From positions 1 through 64,000 of the forward strand of contig JBGQBE010000013.1 in assembly GCA_041494685.1 (NCBI GenBank): DNA of 64,000 nt. Direction: 5' to 3'. This document shows positions 9,101-17,901 of the stretch, piece by piece. The first letter of the stretch is position 1; each line of letters starts with the position of its first letter. Source of the stretch: Dehalococcoidia bacterium (GTDB lineage: Bacteria > Chloroflexota > Dehalococcoidia > DSTF01 > JACRBR01). A program made the position numbers and the translations under genes. Below the pieces are notes generated by a model. The model did no database searches, was not told the origin of the DNA, and saw only the letters and a program-made list of their open reading frames with translations.

Positions 9101-9961
9101 TCAACGCGACGCCAGCGCGTACAGCCGCTCGACGACTTCGTCGATCACGGCGTCCGGCGTCGATGCGCCGGCGGCGACGCCGACCTTGTCGCGGCCGGGC
9201 AGCCAGGCAGCGTCGATCTCGCCAGCTGACTCGACGTGGTAGGTCGTGACGCCTTGCTCCCGCGCGACTTCGGCGAGGTGGCGCGTGTTGGCGCTCTCGC
9301 GCCCGCCGACGACGATCATCAGGTCGACGTCCTGCGCGAGGTCGTGCGTGGCGGCCTGCTGGCTCGTCGTGGCGTTGCAGAGCGTGTTGATCACCCGCAG
9401 CTCGCTGATGCGCTCCATGTGCGCCGTCAGCAGCTTCTGAACGAAGCTCGCGAAGTGGCCCTCGGTCTCGGTCGTCTGCGAGAGCACGCCGACGCGCGAC
9501 GGCATCCAGTCGGGCAGGGGGGCGTCCAGGTCGTCGGCGGACCTCATCGTGATCACCTTGCCGCTGGCCCAGCCGAGGATGCCGCGCACCTCCTTGTGGT
9601 CCGGGTCGCCGAAGACGATGACGCCGAAGCCCTCATCGGTCAGCTTCTTGGCCCACTGCTGGGCGCGGGTGACGATGGGGCAGGTGGTATCGACGATCTG
9701 GGCGCCGCGCGCCTTCAGCTCGCCCAGTACCTGCGGGCCGACGCCGTGCGCCGTGATGGCGACTGGGCGCGCATCGATGGCCTCGATCGTGGCGATCACC
9801 TCGACGCCGCGGTTGCGCAGCTTCTGGACGACCTGGGGGTTGTGGACGGTCGAGCCGAGGCTGGTGATGGGGCCGAGTTCGCCGGCGGCGCCCTCCATCA
9901 TCTCGACGGCGCGGCGGACGCCCATGCAGAATCCGAGTTCTTTCGCCTTGACGACCTGCAC
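9101..9961 (-). CDS. ispH: 4-hydroxy-3-methylbut-2-enyl diphosphate reductase
   Basis: GFCMGVRRA, VHNPQV, TAHG, DTTCP, HKEV, SQTT, NTLCNAT, SANT, AGASTP. Confidence 0.96.
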   Translation of the reverse strand: MQVVKAKELGFCMGVRRAVEMMEGAAGELGPITSLGSTVHNPQVVQKLRNRGVEVIATIEAIDARPVAITAHGVGPQVLGELKARGAQIVDTTCPIVTRAQQWAKKLTDEGFGVIVFGDPDHKEVRGILGWASGKVITMRSADDLDAPLPDWMPSRVGVLSQTTETEGHFASFVQKLLTAHMERISELRVINTLCNATTSQQAATHDLAQDVDLMIVVGGRESANTRHLAEVAREQGVTTYHVESAGEIDAAWLPGRDKVGVAAGASTPDAVIDEVVERLYALASR

Positions 9962-10097
9962 CCTGTACTCCCGCCCAATTCACGACATAACGGCGAATCC
10001 GCCGCATGCGCAGACAGTATAGCGGTCGTCGTCCGCCCCCGCGACGCGAGGCCATGCTACCGGTGCAAGAGTGGCCACCGACGGACGTTCCCGGGCG

Positions 10098-10799
10098 CTA
10101 CGCCCGCTCCGTCTCGCACGGCTCGGCACGCAGCCGTGCGGCGGCTTCGCGGTATTCGCCGCGGTACTCCTCAGGCAGCAGTTCCGCGACGCGCAGCATG
10201 ATCTCGTCGGTCGCGGCGCGGGCGGCCTCGCTCGTGATGCGTTCGACCTTCGGCGGGTAGAACGGCTTGCCGAAGCGCAGGTGGACCTCCGGCCCGACGA
10301 ACGGTCGGACGAACAGCCACGGCCACTTCAGCCGCTCGCTGCCCCAGATCGCCACCGGGATGAGCGGGGCGCCGGTGCGATAGGCGACCAGCGCGGTGCC
10401 GGGGAAGCCCCGGTGCAGTTGCCGGTCCTTCGAGCGCGTGCCCTCCGGGAACATCAGCAGCAGGATGCCGTCGTGCACGACGTTCTGCGCTTCGCGGATC
10501 GCGCCGAGGTCGGCGCCCTCGCGGTCCACCGGGAACGCCCCGATGAAGCGGAAGAGCAGGCTGATCACTGGCCACTTGAACATCTCTTTCTTGGCCATGG
10601 TGATGACGCGGCGCGACAGCGCCCCGGGAATGATGCACGGATCGGCGTTGTTCAGGTGGTTCGAGACCAGGATGGCGCCGCCGGTCTTCGGGACGTTCTC
10701 GCGGCCCTCGACGATCGGGCCGCGGACGTAGAGGAACGTGCAGAGGCGGATGAACCAGACCACTCCCCAGTAGGAGACCGGTACGATCCGCCAGATCAT
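10098..10799 (-). CDS. plsC: 1-acyl-sn-glycerol-3-phosphate acyltransferase
   Basis: SNHLNNAD (NHxxxxD), MAKKEMF, FPEGTRS; ATGA overlap with the cmk stop. Confidence 0.9.
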   Translation of the reverse strand: MIWRIVPVSYWGVVWFIRLCTFLYVRGPIVEGRENVPKTGGAILVSNHLNNADPCIIPGALSRRVITMAKKEMFKWPVISLLFRFIGAFPVDREGADLGAIREAQNVVHDGILLLMFPEGTRSKDRQLHRGFPGTALVAYRTGAPLIPVAIWGSERLKWPWLFVRPFVGPEVHLRFGKPFYPPKVERITSEAARAATDEIMLRVAELLPEEYRGEYREAAARLRAEPCETERA

Positions 10800-11497
10800 C
10801 CGTGTGCCAGAGCTACGATGCGTCGCACCACCTCCTCGAGCGTCATCTCGTCCGTATTGATGATCACAGCCCCGGGCGCGGCGGTCAACGGCGACGCCTG
10901 GCGCGTGGAATCGATGCCGTCGCGGCGCGCCAGGTCCGCCAGCAGCGCGTCAAAGTCCGGCTCCGCACCGGCGGCGCGCAGTTGCTCGGCGCGGCGGCGG
11001 GCGCGCACCTCGCGCGACGCGTCCAGGTAGACCTTCAGGTCGGCGTCGGGCAGTACCACCGAGCCGATGTCGCGGCCCGCCATCACGACGCGGCCCTGCG
11101 CGGCGAGACCGCGCTGGATGCGCACGAGGGTCGTCCGTACGCCCGGCACACGCGACACGAGCGACACGTTCGCCTCGACGTCGTCATCGCGCAGATGGGG
11201 TGTGGCGTCCTCGCCGTCGAGCAGCACGGCGGTCGGCTCGATGGCATTGTCCGGCGCGTCGCGCACGATGATTGTGGCGGTCTGCGCCAGCCGCTCCAAC
11301 GCAGACGCGTCGTTGGGGTCGATGCCGCGGCGCAGGGCGAGCCAGGTCATCGCGCGGTACATCGCGCCGGTGTCGAAGAAGCGGTAGCCGAGCTGCGCGG
11401 CGACGCCGCTGCCGGCCGCGCTCTTGCCGGACGCGGCCGGGCCGTCGATCGCGATGGTCGCGGCGGTCTGCGTGCGCTGCGTTGTCGCTTCGCTAAT
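10796..11497 (-). CDS. cmk: Cytidylate kinase (probable non-canonical ATT start)
   Basis: TIAIDGPAASGKS and FFDTGAMYRA lie upstream of the track's first Met; GRDIG, LDASREVRARRR, RDGIDSTR; GGAGG at 11510-11506 is followed 8 nt later by an in-frame ATT; TATAAT at 11528-11523. Confidence 0.92.
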   Translation of the reverse strand: MSEATTQRTQTAATIAIDGPAASGKSAAGSGVAAQLGYRFFDTGAMYRAMTWLALRRGIDPNDASALERLAQTATIIVRDAPDNAIEPTAVLLDGEDATPHLRDDDVEANVSLVSRVPGVRTTLVRIQRGLAAQGRVVMAGRDIGSVVLPDADLKVYLDASREVRARRRAEQLRAAGAEPDFDALLADLARRDGIDSTRQASPLTAAPGAVIINTDEMTLEEVVRRIVALAHG

Positions 11498-11546
11498 GGC
11501 GGCGGCCTCCCGGAATCGACGGATTATAGCGGACGGCGGACGCGGC

Positions 11547-12290
11547 TCAGAGGCCCAGCTTGTCCCGTAGCACCTTCACCTCGTGCTCCGACAGCGGGCG
11601 CGTCTTGCCCGTGGCAAGTCGACCCAGCAGCACGCCGTCGATGCGTGTGCGCACGAGGCTCCGCACCGGGTGGCCGACGGCGGCGCACATCAGGCGCACC
11701 TGGCGCTTCCGTCCCTCGTGGATGACGAGCCGCAGCCAGGTGTGGCCTTCGCGCGCCTGCCGGCCGGCGGGCGGCGGCGTCATGTCCACTTGCGCCGGAG
11801 CAGTGTGGTGGTCCTCAATTTCGACGCCCTCGCGGAGTGCGCGCAGCGCGTCGGCCGACGCGCTGCCGCGCACCAGGGCGTAGTACTCCTTCTGGATCTC
11901 GTAGCGCGGGTGCGCGAGGCGGTGCGCGAACTCGCCGTCGTTCGTGAACAGCAGCAGGCCCTCGGTATCGCGGTCCAGGCGGCCGATCGGAAAGACGTGG
12001 GGCGGGAGATCTGGCGGCAGCAGCTCCATCACGGTGCGGCGGCCCTGCGGGTCGTGCGCCGTCGTCACGAAGCCGAACGGCTTGTGCATCGCCAGGTAGA
12101 CGGACGTTTCGTCGATGCGCAGGGGCACGCCATCGACGGCGATCACGTCGACGTCTGGATCAGCCTGGGTACCGGGCCCGGTCACGAGCACGCCGTTGAC
12201 GGTGACGCGGCCGGCGGCGATCACCGTCTCGGCGCTGCGGCGGGAGCCGTGACCGGCGCGGGCGAGGATCTTCTGCAGGCGCTCCTTCAC
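11547..12290 (-). CDS. rRNA pseudouridine synthase (RluB/RsuA family) with S4 domain
   Basis: ERLQKILARAGHGSRR, HKPFG, PIGRLDRDTEGLLLFTNDG, EGRKRQVR; GTG start overlaps the upstream stop (GTGA). Confidence 0.93.
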   Translation of the reverse strand: MKERLQKILARAGHGSRRSAETVIAAGRVTVNGVLVTGPGTQADPDVDVIAVDGVPLRIDETSVYLAMHKPFGFVTTAHDPQGRRTVMELLPPDLPPHVFPIGRLDRDTEGLLLFTNDGEFAHRLAHPRYEIQKEYYALVRGSASADALRALREGVEIEDHHTAPAQVDMTPPPAGRQAREGHTWLRLVIHEGRKRQVRLMCAAVGHPVRSLVRTRIDGVLLGRLATGKTRPLSEHEVKVLRDKLGL

Positions 12291-14245
12291 GCGTGCCGCC
12301 GCAAGCGCTGCTTCGCGAGCGGCACGAGCCGGGCCGTGGCCACGCCCGCGAGCCCCGTAGAAGCGAGCGTGGCGATCAGCCACGGCGCCCACCGGCCGAA
12401 CCACGAACCGCCACCCGCAGCGACGATGCGAGGCTGTGCCGTCCCGTTTGGCCGTGGCGGCTTACCGGCCGCCGCGGTAAGCCGCACACCCGGTGACGGG
12501 CGATCGTTGTCGATCCAGTCGGCCGCGTTGTCCGTGTCGGATCCGGCGACGCGCCGCTCGATTGAATGCCCGGCGGGCACGTCAGCGATGGCGGGGTTGA
12601 GGACGGACGTATCGGCGCCCCACGAGATGGCGTCCGCCACGTTGCCGGCGGCGTCGCTGAGGGTGAGGCGGTCGCCGTCGTTGCCCAGCGCGTTGCCGAT
12701 GCGGCCGCCGAGGACGACGGCGCGGCCGCTGAATCCCGGATACGCGTCATGCAGGCTATCCGAAGCGGCAACAACGATGAATTCGTTCTGGAGGATCGTG
12801 AGTGAGGGCAGGGTATCTCCACTTGCTGAGTCCGACAGCGTCCAGCCGCCGAGATCGACGGGCGCGGCGCCGGCATTGTACAGCTCGACCCACTCCCCAG
12901 CCGAATCGGAGGTGCCGCTGTCCGGGTCGTACATGACCTCGTTGATCACGATGTGCGAGGGCGAGCGCTGAGCCGTGGTAAGCGGCGCGGACTGCGTCGC
13001 CGCGCGGGGCCGGGCGTGCGTGCCCAGCACCGCGTCGCTCAGGGCAGGCGCCGCCTCGCCAGCGGGAGGGGCCGCACCAGCCGGCATCGGCGTGGCCTCG
13101 CCAGCCGGGGTGGGCGTCGACGACGCCGGTCCGAACGATGCGTCGTCGGCGTAGATCGCCGCGTGGGCGTCGGACACTGGCGCAAGCATGATGCGCAGCT
13201 TCGCGCTGTGCGCGCCAGCGGGCGCGGCAACGGCGCCCGTCGTCAGGTGCTGGTAGGCGTCCTGTGGCGAGTCGATGCGGCTGAGGGAGTCGGCCGAGTC
13301 CATGGCCGTGCCGCTGCCGTCGTCGCTGGCGTACCAGGACATGCGGAGGAAGGCGGACGCCACGCCATGATCGTCGTCGAGAACCCAGGCGCCGAACTCG
13401 TACGCGGCGCCGGGTTCGACGGAGACGGCCTGGTAGAGCCACTTTGTCGCGGTGGTCACGCTCTCGATGCGCGCGGCGTATCTGCCGCTATGCGCGGGCG
13501 ATGCGGCCACCGACACGGCGCCGCCGAAATGCGCCCACGCCTCGGGCGCGCCGTCCGCGCCGGCGTCCTCGAACCCGGCGTTGCGCAGCGTCGCGCTGAT
13601 GGGAATCGGTGATGGCGAGGGCGTAAGCGTAGCCGTTGCGGTACGCGTCGGCGTCGGCGTGCGTGTGCCGGTCGTTGTCGCCGGCGGCGTCGCGGACGCG
13701 GTGGGCGTCGACGTCGACGACGGCGCGGGCGTGACCGGTGTCGCGCCGTCGAAGTGGACATCGTCCACGTAGAAGACGGCGCCGGCTGTCCCGGTGAACC
13801 AGACGTAGAGGTTCACGAACGCTGTGCCGGTGATCGTGACATCCGTCGACACAGGGATCCATATGTCGACGCTGGTGTCCGCGTCAATCCTCGGGTTGGC
13901 GCTCACGTCCGGACCGACCTGGATCGAGATCGTGTCGTCCGGCGTGGTGCGACGCACGCGGGCCGAGAACGTGTAGGTGCCCGGGCCGACCGTCATCCCC
14001 GCCGATGACATGGACGCCGGAGACGAGCGCAGCGACACTTTGGCGCTATAGGCGCCTTCGGGCGGCATCACGGAGACGTCCGCCGTACTGAGATCCGCCT
14101 GGGTGGCGCGCCACCCGTCAGTCCCGCTCTCAAATCCGCCGTTGGATACGTAGTCGTAGGCCGATGCAGCGTCGCCGGCGGCCAGCAGCATGCCGACGAG
14201 CATGATCAGCGGTGCGAGGACAGTAGCGTAGTGAGGGCGCTCCAT
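12287..14245 (-). CDS. Secreted surface protein: two CBM4/9-like domains, T/P linkers, lamin-tail domain, C-terminal TM anchor
   Basis: Signal peptide; VSNGGFE and LRNAGFE domain starts; IVINEVMYDP...EWVELYN...VDLGGWTLSD; hydrophobic C-terminus followed by KQRLRRHA. Confidence 0.85.
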   Translation of the reverse strand: MERPHYATVLAPLIMLVGMLLAAGDAASAYDYVSNGGFESGTDGWRATQADLSTADVSVMPPEGAYSAKVSLRSSPASMSSAGMTVGPGTYTFSARVRRTTPDDTISIQVGPDVSANPRIDADTSVDIWIPVSTDVTITGTAFVNLYVWFTGTAGAVFYVDDVHFDGATPVTPAPSSTSTPTASATPPATTTGTRTPTPTRTATATLTPSPSPIPISATLRNAGFEDAGADGAPEAWAHFGGAVSVAASPAHSGRYAARIESVTTATKWLYQAVSVEPGAAYEFGAWVLDDDHGVASAFLRMSWYASDDGSGTAMDSADSLSRIDSPQDAYQHLTTGAVAAPAGAHSAKLRIMLAPVSDAHAAIYADDASFGPASSTPTPAGEATPMPAGAAPPAGEAAPALSDAVLGTHARPRAATQSAPLTTAQRSPSHIVINEVMYDPDSGTSDSAGEWVELYNAGAAPVDLGGWTLSDSASGDTLPSLTILQNEFIVVAASDSLHDAYPGFSGRAVVLGGRIGNALGNDGDRLTLSDAAGNVADAISWGADTSVLNPAIADVPAGHSIERRVAGSDTDNAADWIDNDRPSPGVRLTAAAGKPPRPNGTAQPRIVAAGGGSWFGRWAPWLIATLASTGLAGVATARLVPLAKQRLRRHA

Positions 14246-14315
14246 CGCCGGCCGGTCCTGGTGTCCTGCCCACCCGGGCGTCCGATGATCTCGTGGCCGA
14301 TTGCTGGAAGGCGGA

Positions 14316-14675
14316 CTATGCCTGGCGCCGCACGCGCACGCGGCGCAGCATCACCGTTTCGGTGATGATCTGGGCCTCGTCGACCATGTCGTCGCGCTCG
14401 CCGCCGCCGATCTTGATGGCGCGGCCCTTACGGCGGGTGCCGCCGCCCAGGACGTTGCTGACGACGCGGCGGAAGACGAACTGGCCGATCGTACCGGCTG
14501 CCATGACCGCCGCGCCCTTCACGACGGGCGACACCTGGGCGTGCCAGACGGCGGGGACGGCGCTCTCGCGAACGACGGGTAGCGGGGCGCGATCGGCGGC
14601 GACGCCGCAGCGGCGGCAGAAGTTGTCGCTGTCATCCAATCCGAAGCGGCAAGCGTAGCAGGTGCGTGTGTCCAT
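14316..14675 (-). CDS. Small zinc-ribbon protein
   Basis: CYAC...FCRRCG; ATG lies 9 nt after the -10 of a well-spaced promoter. Confidence 0.7.
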   Translation of the reverse strand: MDTRTCYACRFGLDDSDNFCRRCGVAADRAPLPVVRESAVPAVWHAQVSPVVKGAAVMAAGTIGQFVFRRVVSNVLGGGTRRKGRAIKIGGGERDDMVDEAQIITETVMLRRVRVRRQA

Positions 14676-14684
14676 GGCCGCGAT

Positions 14685-14713
14685 ATCGTAACGCTCCACC
14701 TGTAAGGCGTCAA
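14685..14713 (-). promoter_or_regulatory. sigma70-type promoter
   Basis: TTGACG-N17-TACGAT. Confidence 0.6.
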
Positions 14714-14746
14714 TTGTCAAAATCGTAAGATCGCGCGAGTCCGCGG

Positions 14747-15574
14747 TCAGGCGAGCGTCGCCTTCGCGAGCGAGCCTTCGATCTCGGGCGTGAGGTCGTA
14801 GCCGTGCACGACCTTCGTGTCGCCCGCCATGATGCGGCCGTCCTCCAGCCGGAGGCGGCCGTCGGCGAAGGCGCGCAGCGTCTCGACGACGAGCGGCAGC
14901 TCGCGCGCGGCGCCGCGGCGCCGGATCTCGTGGAAGAGCGGGAACTCCTCACCGTCGGTGGCGCGGATCTCAGCAACGGCGCGCGTCTCAGCGGCGCGCC
15001 AGAGCAGGTCGATCGTGGCGCCGCGCAGCGGGTAGGTGCAGTAGGTGACGATCGCGCCGTCGTCGAGCGCCTGGGTGACGAGGTGGATGCGGACGCCGCC
15101 GTGATCGACGCTCTGCTCGATGAGCTTCCAGGTCACTTCCTGCCAGGTGCCCGCGGGCTGGCCGGGGCCGGCGGGGTGCAGGTTCAGCAGGGGGTGCGAC
15201 TCGAACAGCGGCGGGGTCGTGATCAGCATGTAGCCGGCGAGCATGCCGATGTCGTACGAATACGACGCAAGCAGATCGACGACGGCGCGGTCGTAGTCCT
15301 CGCGCCATGCAGGAAGCGGCTGGCTCGCGCGCGCGACCTCGCCGCCGTGTTCGCGGCGGAAGCGCGCGTCGGAGAGCGTCACGAGCGGGATGTTGTACGA
15401 GCGGACCTGTTCGAAGAAGAGGTCGGTCGCCTCGAACTGCCCGGGCTCGCGGTTCGAACACACGAACGCGATCTCAGCGTCGAGGCGATGCTCGCGGATC
15501 GCCTCGACGGCCGCGTGCAGCAGCTTCTGCGATCCCTCTCCGCGGCCCGTGGAAAACCAGCCAATGCGCAGCAC
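14747..15574 (-). CDS. purN: Phosphoribosylglycinamide formyltransferase-like (extended PurN type)
   Basis: IAFVCSNR, LAGYM, LNLHP (catalytic N/H), HLVT-xx-LDDG (catalytic D). Confidence 0.75.
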   Translation of the reverse strand: MLRIGWFSTGRGEGSQKLLHAAVEAIREHRLDAEIAFVCSNREPGQFEATDLFFEQVRSYNIPLVTLSDARFRREHGGEVARASQPLPAWREDYDRAVVDLLASYSYDIGMLAGYMLITTPPLFESHPLLNLHPAGPGQPAGTWQEVTWKLIEQSVDHGGVRIHLVTQALDDGAIVTYCTYPLRGATIDLLWRAAETRAVAEIRATDGEEFPLFHEIRRRGAARELPLVVETLRAFADGRLRLEDGRIMAGDTKVVHGYDLTPEIEGSLAKATLA

Positions 15575-15626
15575 GTAGCCCTCCGATCTGCGGCTTCACG
15601 GTAGCCTCTGGGCGGGCGGGCTGCAA

Positions 15627-15950
15627 CTAGCCGAACGGCTCGTCTTCGTCGATAGGCGGCTCGTCGTCGCTCACGTACTCGTAATCGTCGGGCGCGTCCT
15701 GCGCGGCGACCGCGGCGGAACGGGCCGGCAGCGCGGCGAATGACTCGCGCAGCTTGGTGATCTTCTGTTCGGCCGCGTCGAGACGCTCCTGGCAGTGGCG
15801 AGCGAGCTCCATGCCCTGCTCGTAGAGCGCGATCGATTGTTCGAGCGGCAGGCCGCCTTGTTCCAGCTTGCTCACGCTCTCCTCAAGGCGCGCGTAGATC
15901 TGTTCGAACGTGTCCTGCGGCTGTTCGTGTTGTACTTTCGGCTTTGCCAT
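15627..15950 (-). CDS. xseB: Exodeoxyribonuclease VII small subunit
   Basis: TFEQIYARLEESVSKLEQGGLPLEQSIALYEQGMELARHCQERLDAAEQKI; GGAGG SD. Confidence 0.95.
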   Translation of the reverse strand: MAKPKVQHEQPQDTFEQIYARLEESVSKLEQGGLPLEQSIALYEQGMELARHCQERLDAAEQKITKLRESFAALPARSAAVAAQDAPDDYEYVSDDEPPIDEDEPFG

Positions 15951-15992
15951 TCTGACCTCCCGCCGCAGCGTCATTATTTCATGTTCCGGCTG

Positions 15993-17264
15993 CTAGACCC
16001 GCTCTTCCGGCATGGTGAAGAGCGGCGCCTGGGCGTCAGGCACGCGGCGCCGCGGCCGGGCGCGCTGCACCGGGCCCACGCCGCCGACCTGCGCGCCGAA
16101 CGTACCATCCTTCACGCGGATGTCCAATACATCGCCGGCACTCACGTCGCCGGTGCTGCTGACGACGGCCGCGCCGCGCTGGACGATGGCGTAGCCACGT
16201 TCGAGCGTGGCGAACGGGTCGAGCGCCTTCAGGCGCCAGACGCAGCCGCCCACGTCGTGGACGGCCGCCCGGTGCCCCTGCTCAGCGGCCGCCTGCGCGC
16301 GGCGCGTGAGGTCGTCCACCCGCTGGCGCTCACGGTTCGTGTCGGGCGCACGGCGCTCGATCATCCGCACCGCGTCGTGCAGCGCGGCGCGCTCGTCGCC
16401 GACGCGCTGGCGGATCAGCGACTCCATCGTGCCAGTCGCGACGCCGAGCCGCATGCGGATCTCCAGCATGTCCGGCGAGACCAGCTCGGCGGCGGCAGAC
16501 GGTGTGGGCGCGCGCATGTCGGCGACGAAGTCTGCGATCGTATAGTCGGTCTCGTGGCCGACGGCGGAGACGACCGGGACGGCGCTCCCGAAGATCGCGC
16601 GGGCCACCAGCTCGTCGTTGAACGACCAGAGCTCCTCGATCGAGCCGCCGCCGCGGCCGGCGATGATCACGTCGATATCGCCGCGCTGGTTGAGTTGGTG
16701 CAGCGCGCCGATGATGCCGGCGACGGCGTCGGGCCCCTGCACTGGCGCGGGCGCGAGCACGATCTCCGCGAGCGGCCAGCGGCGCTCGAGCACGTGGCAG
16801 ATGTCGTGGAAGACGGCGCCGGACTCCGAGGTGACGACACCGATGCGGCGGGGAAAGCGCGGGAGCGCGCGCTTGCGGGCCGGATCGAAGAGACCCTCCT
16901 GCTCCAGCCGCGCCTTCAGGCGCTCGAATTCGGCCTGCAGCGCGCCGACGCCCTCTGGCTGCACGAAGTCGACGTAGAGTTGCAGGTCGCCGCGCTGTTC
17001 GTAGATCGACACGCGGCCGTGCGCGACGACCGCAGCGCCGTGTTCGACGAGGTGGGCGGTGGTCTGCGCCGGCTGGTATCGCTTCGCGAAGAAAACACAC
17101 TTGAGCGAGGAGTCGCCGTCCTTGAGCGTGAAGTAGACGTGACCGGACGCCGGGCGGCTGACGTTGGACACCTCGCCGGCGATCCAGATGTCGCCGAGAT
17201 GCGGGTTCGAGTCGAACAGCTCGTGCAGGTAGGTGGTTACTTCGCGGACGGCGTAGACGTGCAT
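15993..17264 (-). CDS. xseA: Exodeoxyribonuclease VII large subunit
   Basis: GEVSN, SGHVYFTLKD, EGLFD, VQG, RGGGSIEELWSFNDE, SAVGHETD, ADMRAPTPSAAAE. Confidence 0.96.
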   Translation of the reverse strand: MHVYAVREVTTYLHELFDSNPHLGDIWIAGEVSNVSRPASGHVYFTLKDGDSSLKCVFFAKRYQPAQTTAHLVEHGAAVVAHGRVSIYEQRGDLQLYVDFVQPEGVGALQAEFERLKARLEQEGLFDPARKRALPRFPRRIGVVTSESGAVFHDICHVLERRWPLAEIVLAPAPVQGPDAVAGIIGALHQLNQRGDIDVIIAGRGGGSIEELWSFNDELVARAIFGSAVPVVSAVGHETDYTIADFVADMRAPTPSAAAELVSPDMLEIRMRLGVATGTMESLIRQRVGDERAALHDAVRMIERRAPDTNRERQRVDDLTRRAQAAAEQGHRAAVHDVGGCVWRLKALDPFATLERGYAIVQRGAAVVSSTGDVSAGDVLDIRVKDGTFGAQVGGVGPVQRARPRRRVPDAQAPLFTMPEERV

Positions 17265-17423
17265 GACGCAGTTTCGAACAAATGGGCGGATCAGCGCAAT
17301 GCGCAAAGCTGTGACGCGCGTGGGCGGTCGCGGCGCTATGATGCGATCGACGGCGGCGGGTGCGCGTCAGCCGACAGCAGTCGCTGTGCCGCCGTGATTC
17401 CGCGCCCGGAAGGACACACCGCC

Positions 17424-17675
17424 ATGACCGACCAGACCAACGCCGACCAGGAGCGACACGAGCGCGAAACCGTCGCCTTTCGCGTGCTTGGCAACGAGTG
17501 CAGCGCCTGCCGGCAGGAGCTGCGGGCTGACTGGCAGTTCTGCGCGCACTGCGAGGCGCGGCTCGCGACAGCGTGTCCGGCGTGCGGCGTCGCACTGCCG
17601 CCCGCAGGGGCGAACCACTGCGGCCACTGCGGCCTGATCCTGCTGACGCCGGCGGACCGCAGCTCCGCGCCATAA
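17424..17675 (+). CDS. Double zinc-ribbon protein
   Basis: CSAC, FCAHC, CPAC, HCGHCG; GAAGGA SD. Confidence 0.75.
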   Translation: MTDQTNADQERHERETVAFRVLGNECSACRQELRADWQFCAHCEARLATACPACGVALPPAGANHCGHCGLILLTPADRSSAP

Positions 17676-17818
17676 ACGACGTCCCCGCAACGAAGACACG
17701 CACGGTGCGTCGTAGGCCGCGCCGCCCACGGGATCGCGACAGTCTCCGTGATGTCTGTACCGGCATGATGTGAGCAGCCCCGGGCCGCGTACGTATGCCC
17801 GACGCTGTGCGCCCTCGC

Positions 17819-17847
17819 TTGACACCGCGAAGCGGTCTCTCTAGTAT
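17819..17847 (+). promoter_or_regulatory. sigma70-type promoter
   Basis: TTGACA-N17-TAGTAT upstream of the 17902 gene. Confidence 0.7.
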
Positions 17848-17901
17848 CGCCGCTAACACAACCGGCGGGGACGCCTTCGTCCGTACAGGGGAGAGCATAT
17901 T

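Noticed and set aside
14270..14292. TCCGATGATC sigma28-like -10 on the plus strand
   Set aside because: Points antisense to the local genes and has no -35 match
17270..17335. c-di-GMP-I riboswitch or LexA box near xseA/DZR
   Set aside because: GCAAAGC is present without the GGCAAAC-GAAA P2 stem; GAAC-AAAT-GGGC has two mismatches to GAAC-N4-GTTC
15795..17423. Long antisense/alternative-frame ORFs (e.g. 15795..17675, 39070..40935, 59302..60912, 24488..25984)
   Set aside because: Shadow ORFs of high-GC3 genes; only the terminal segments that carry real genes were kept
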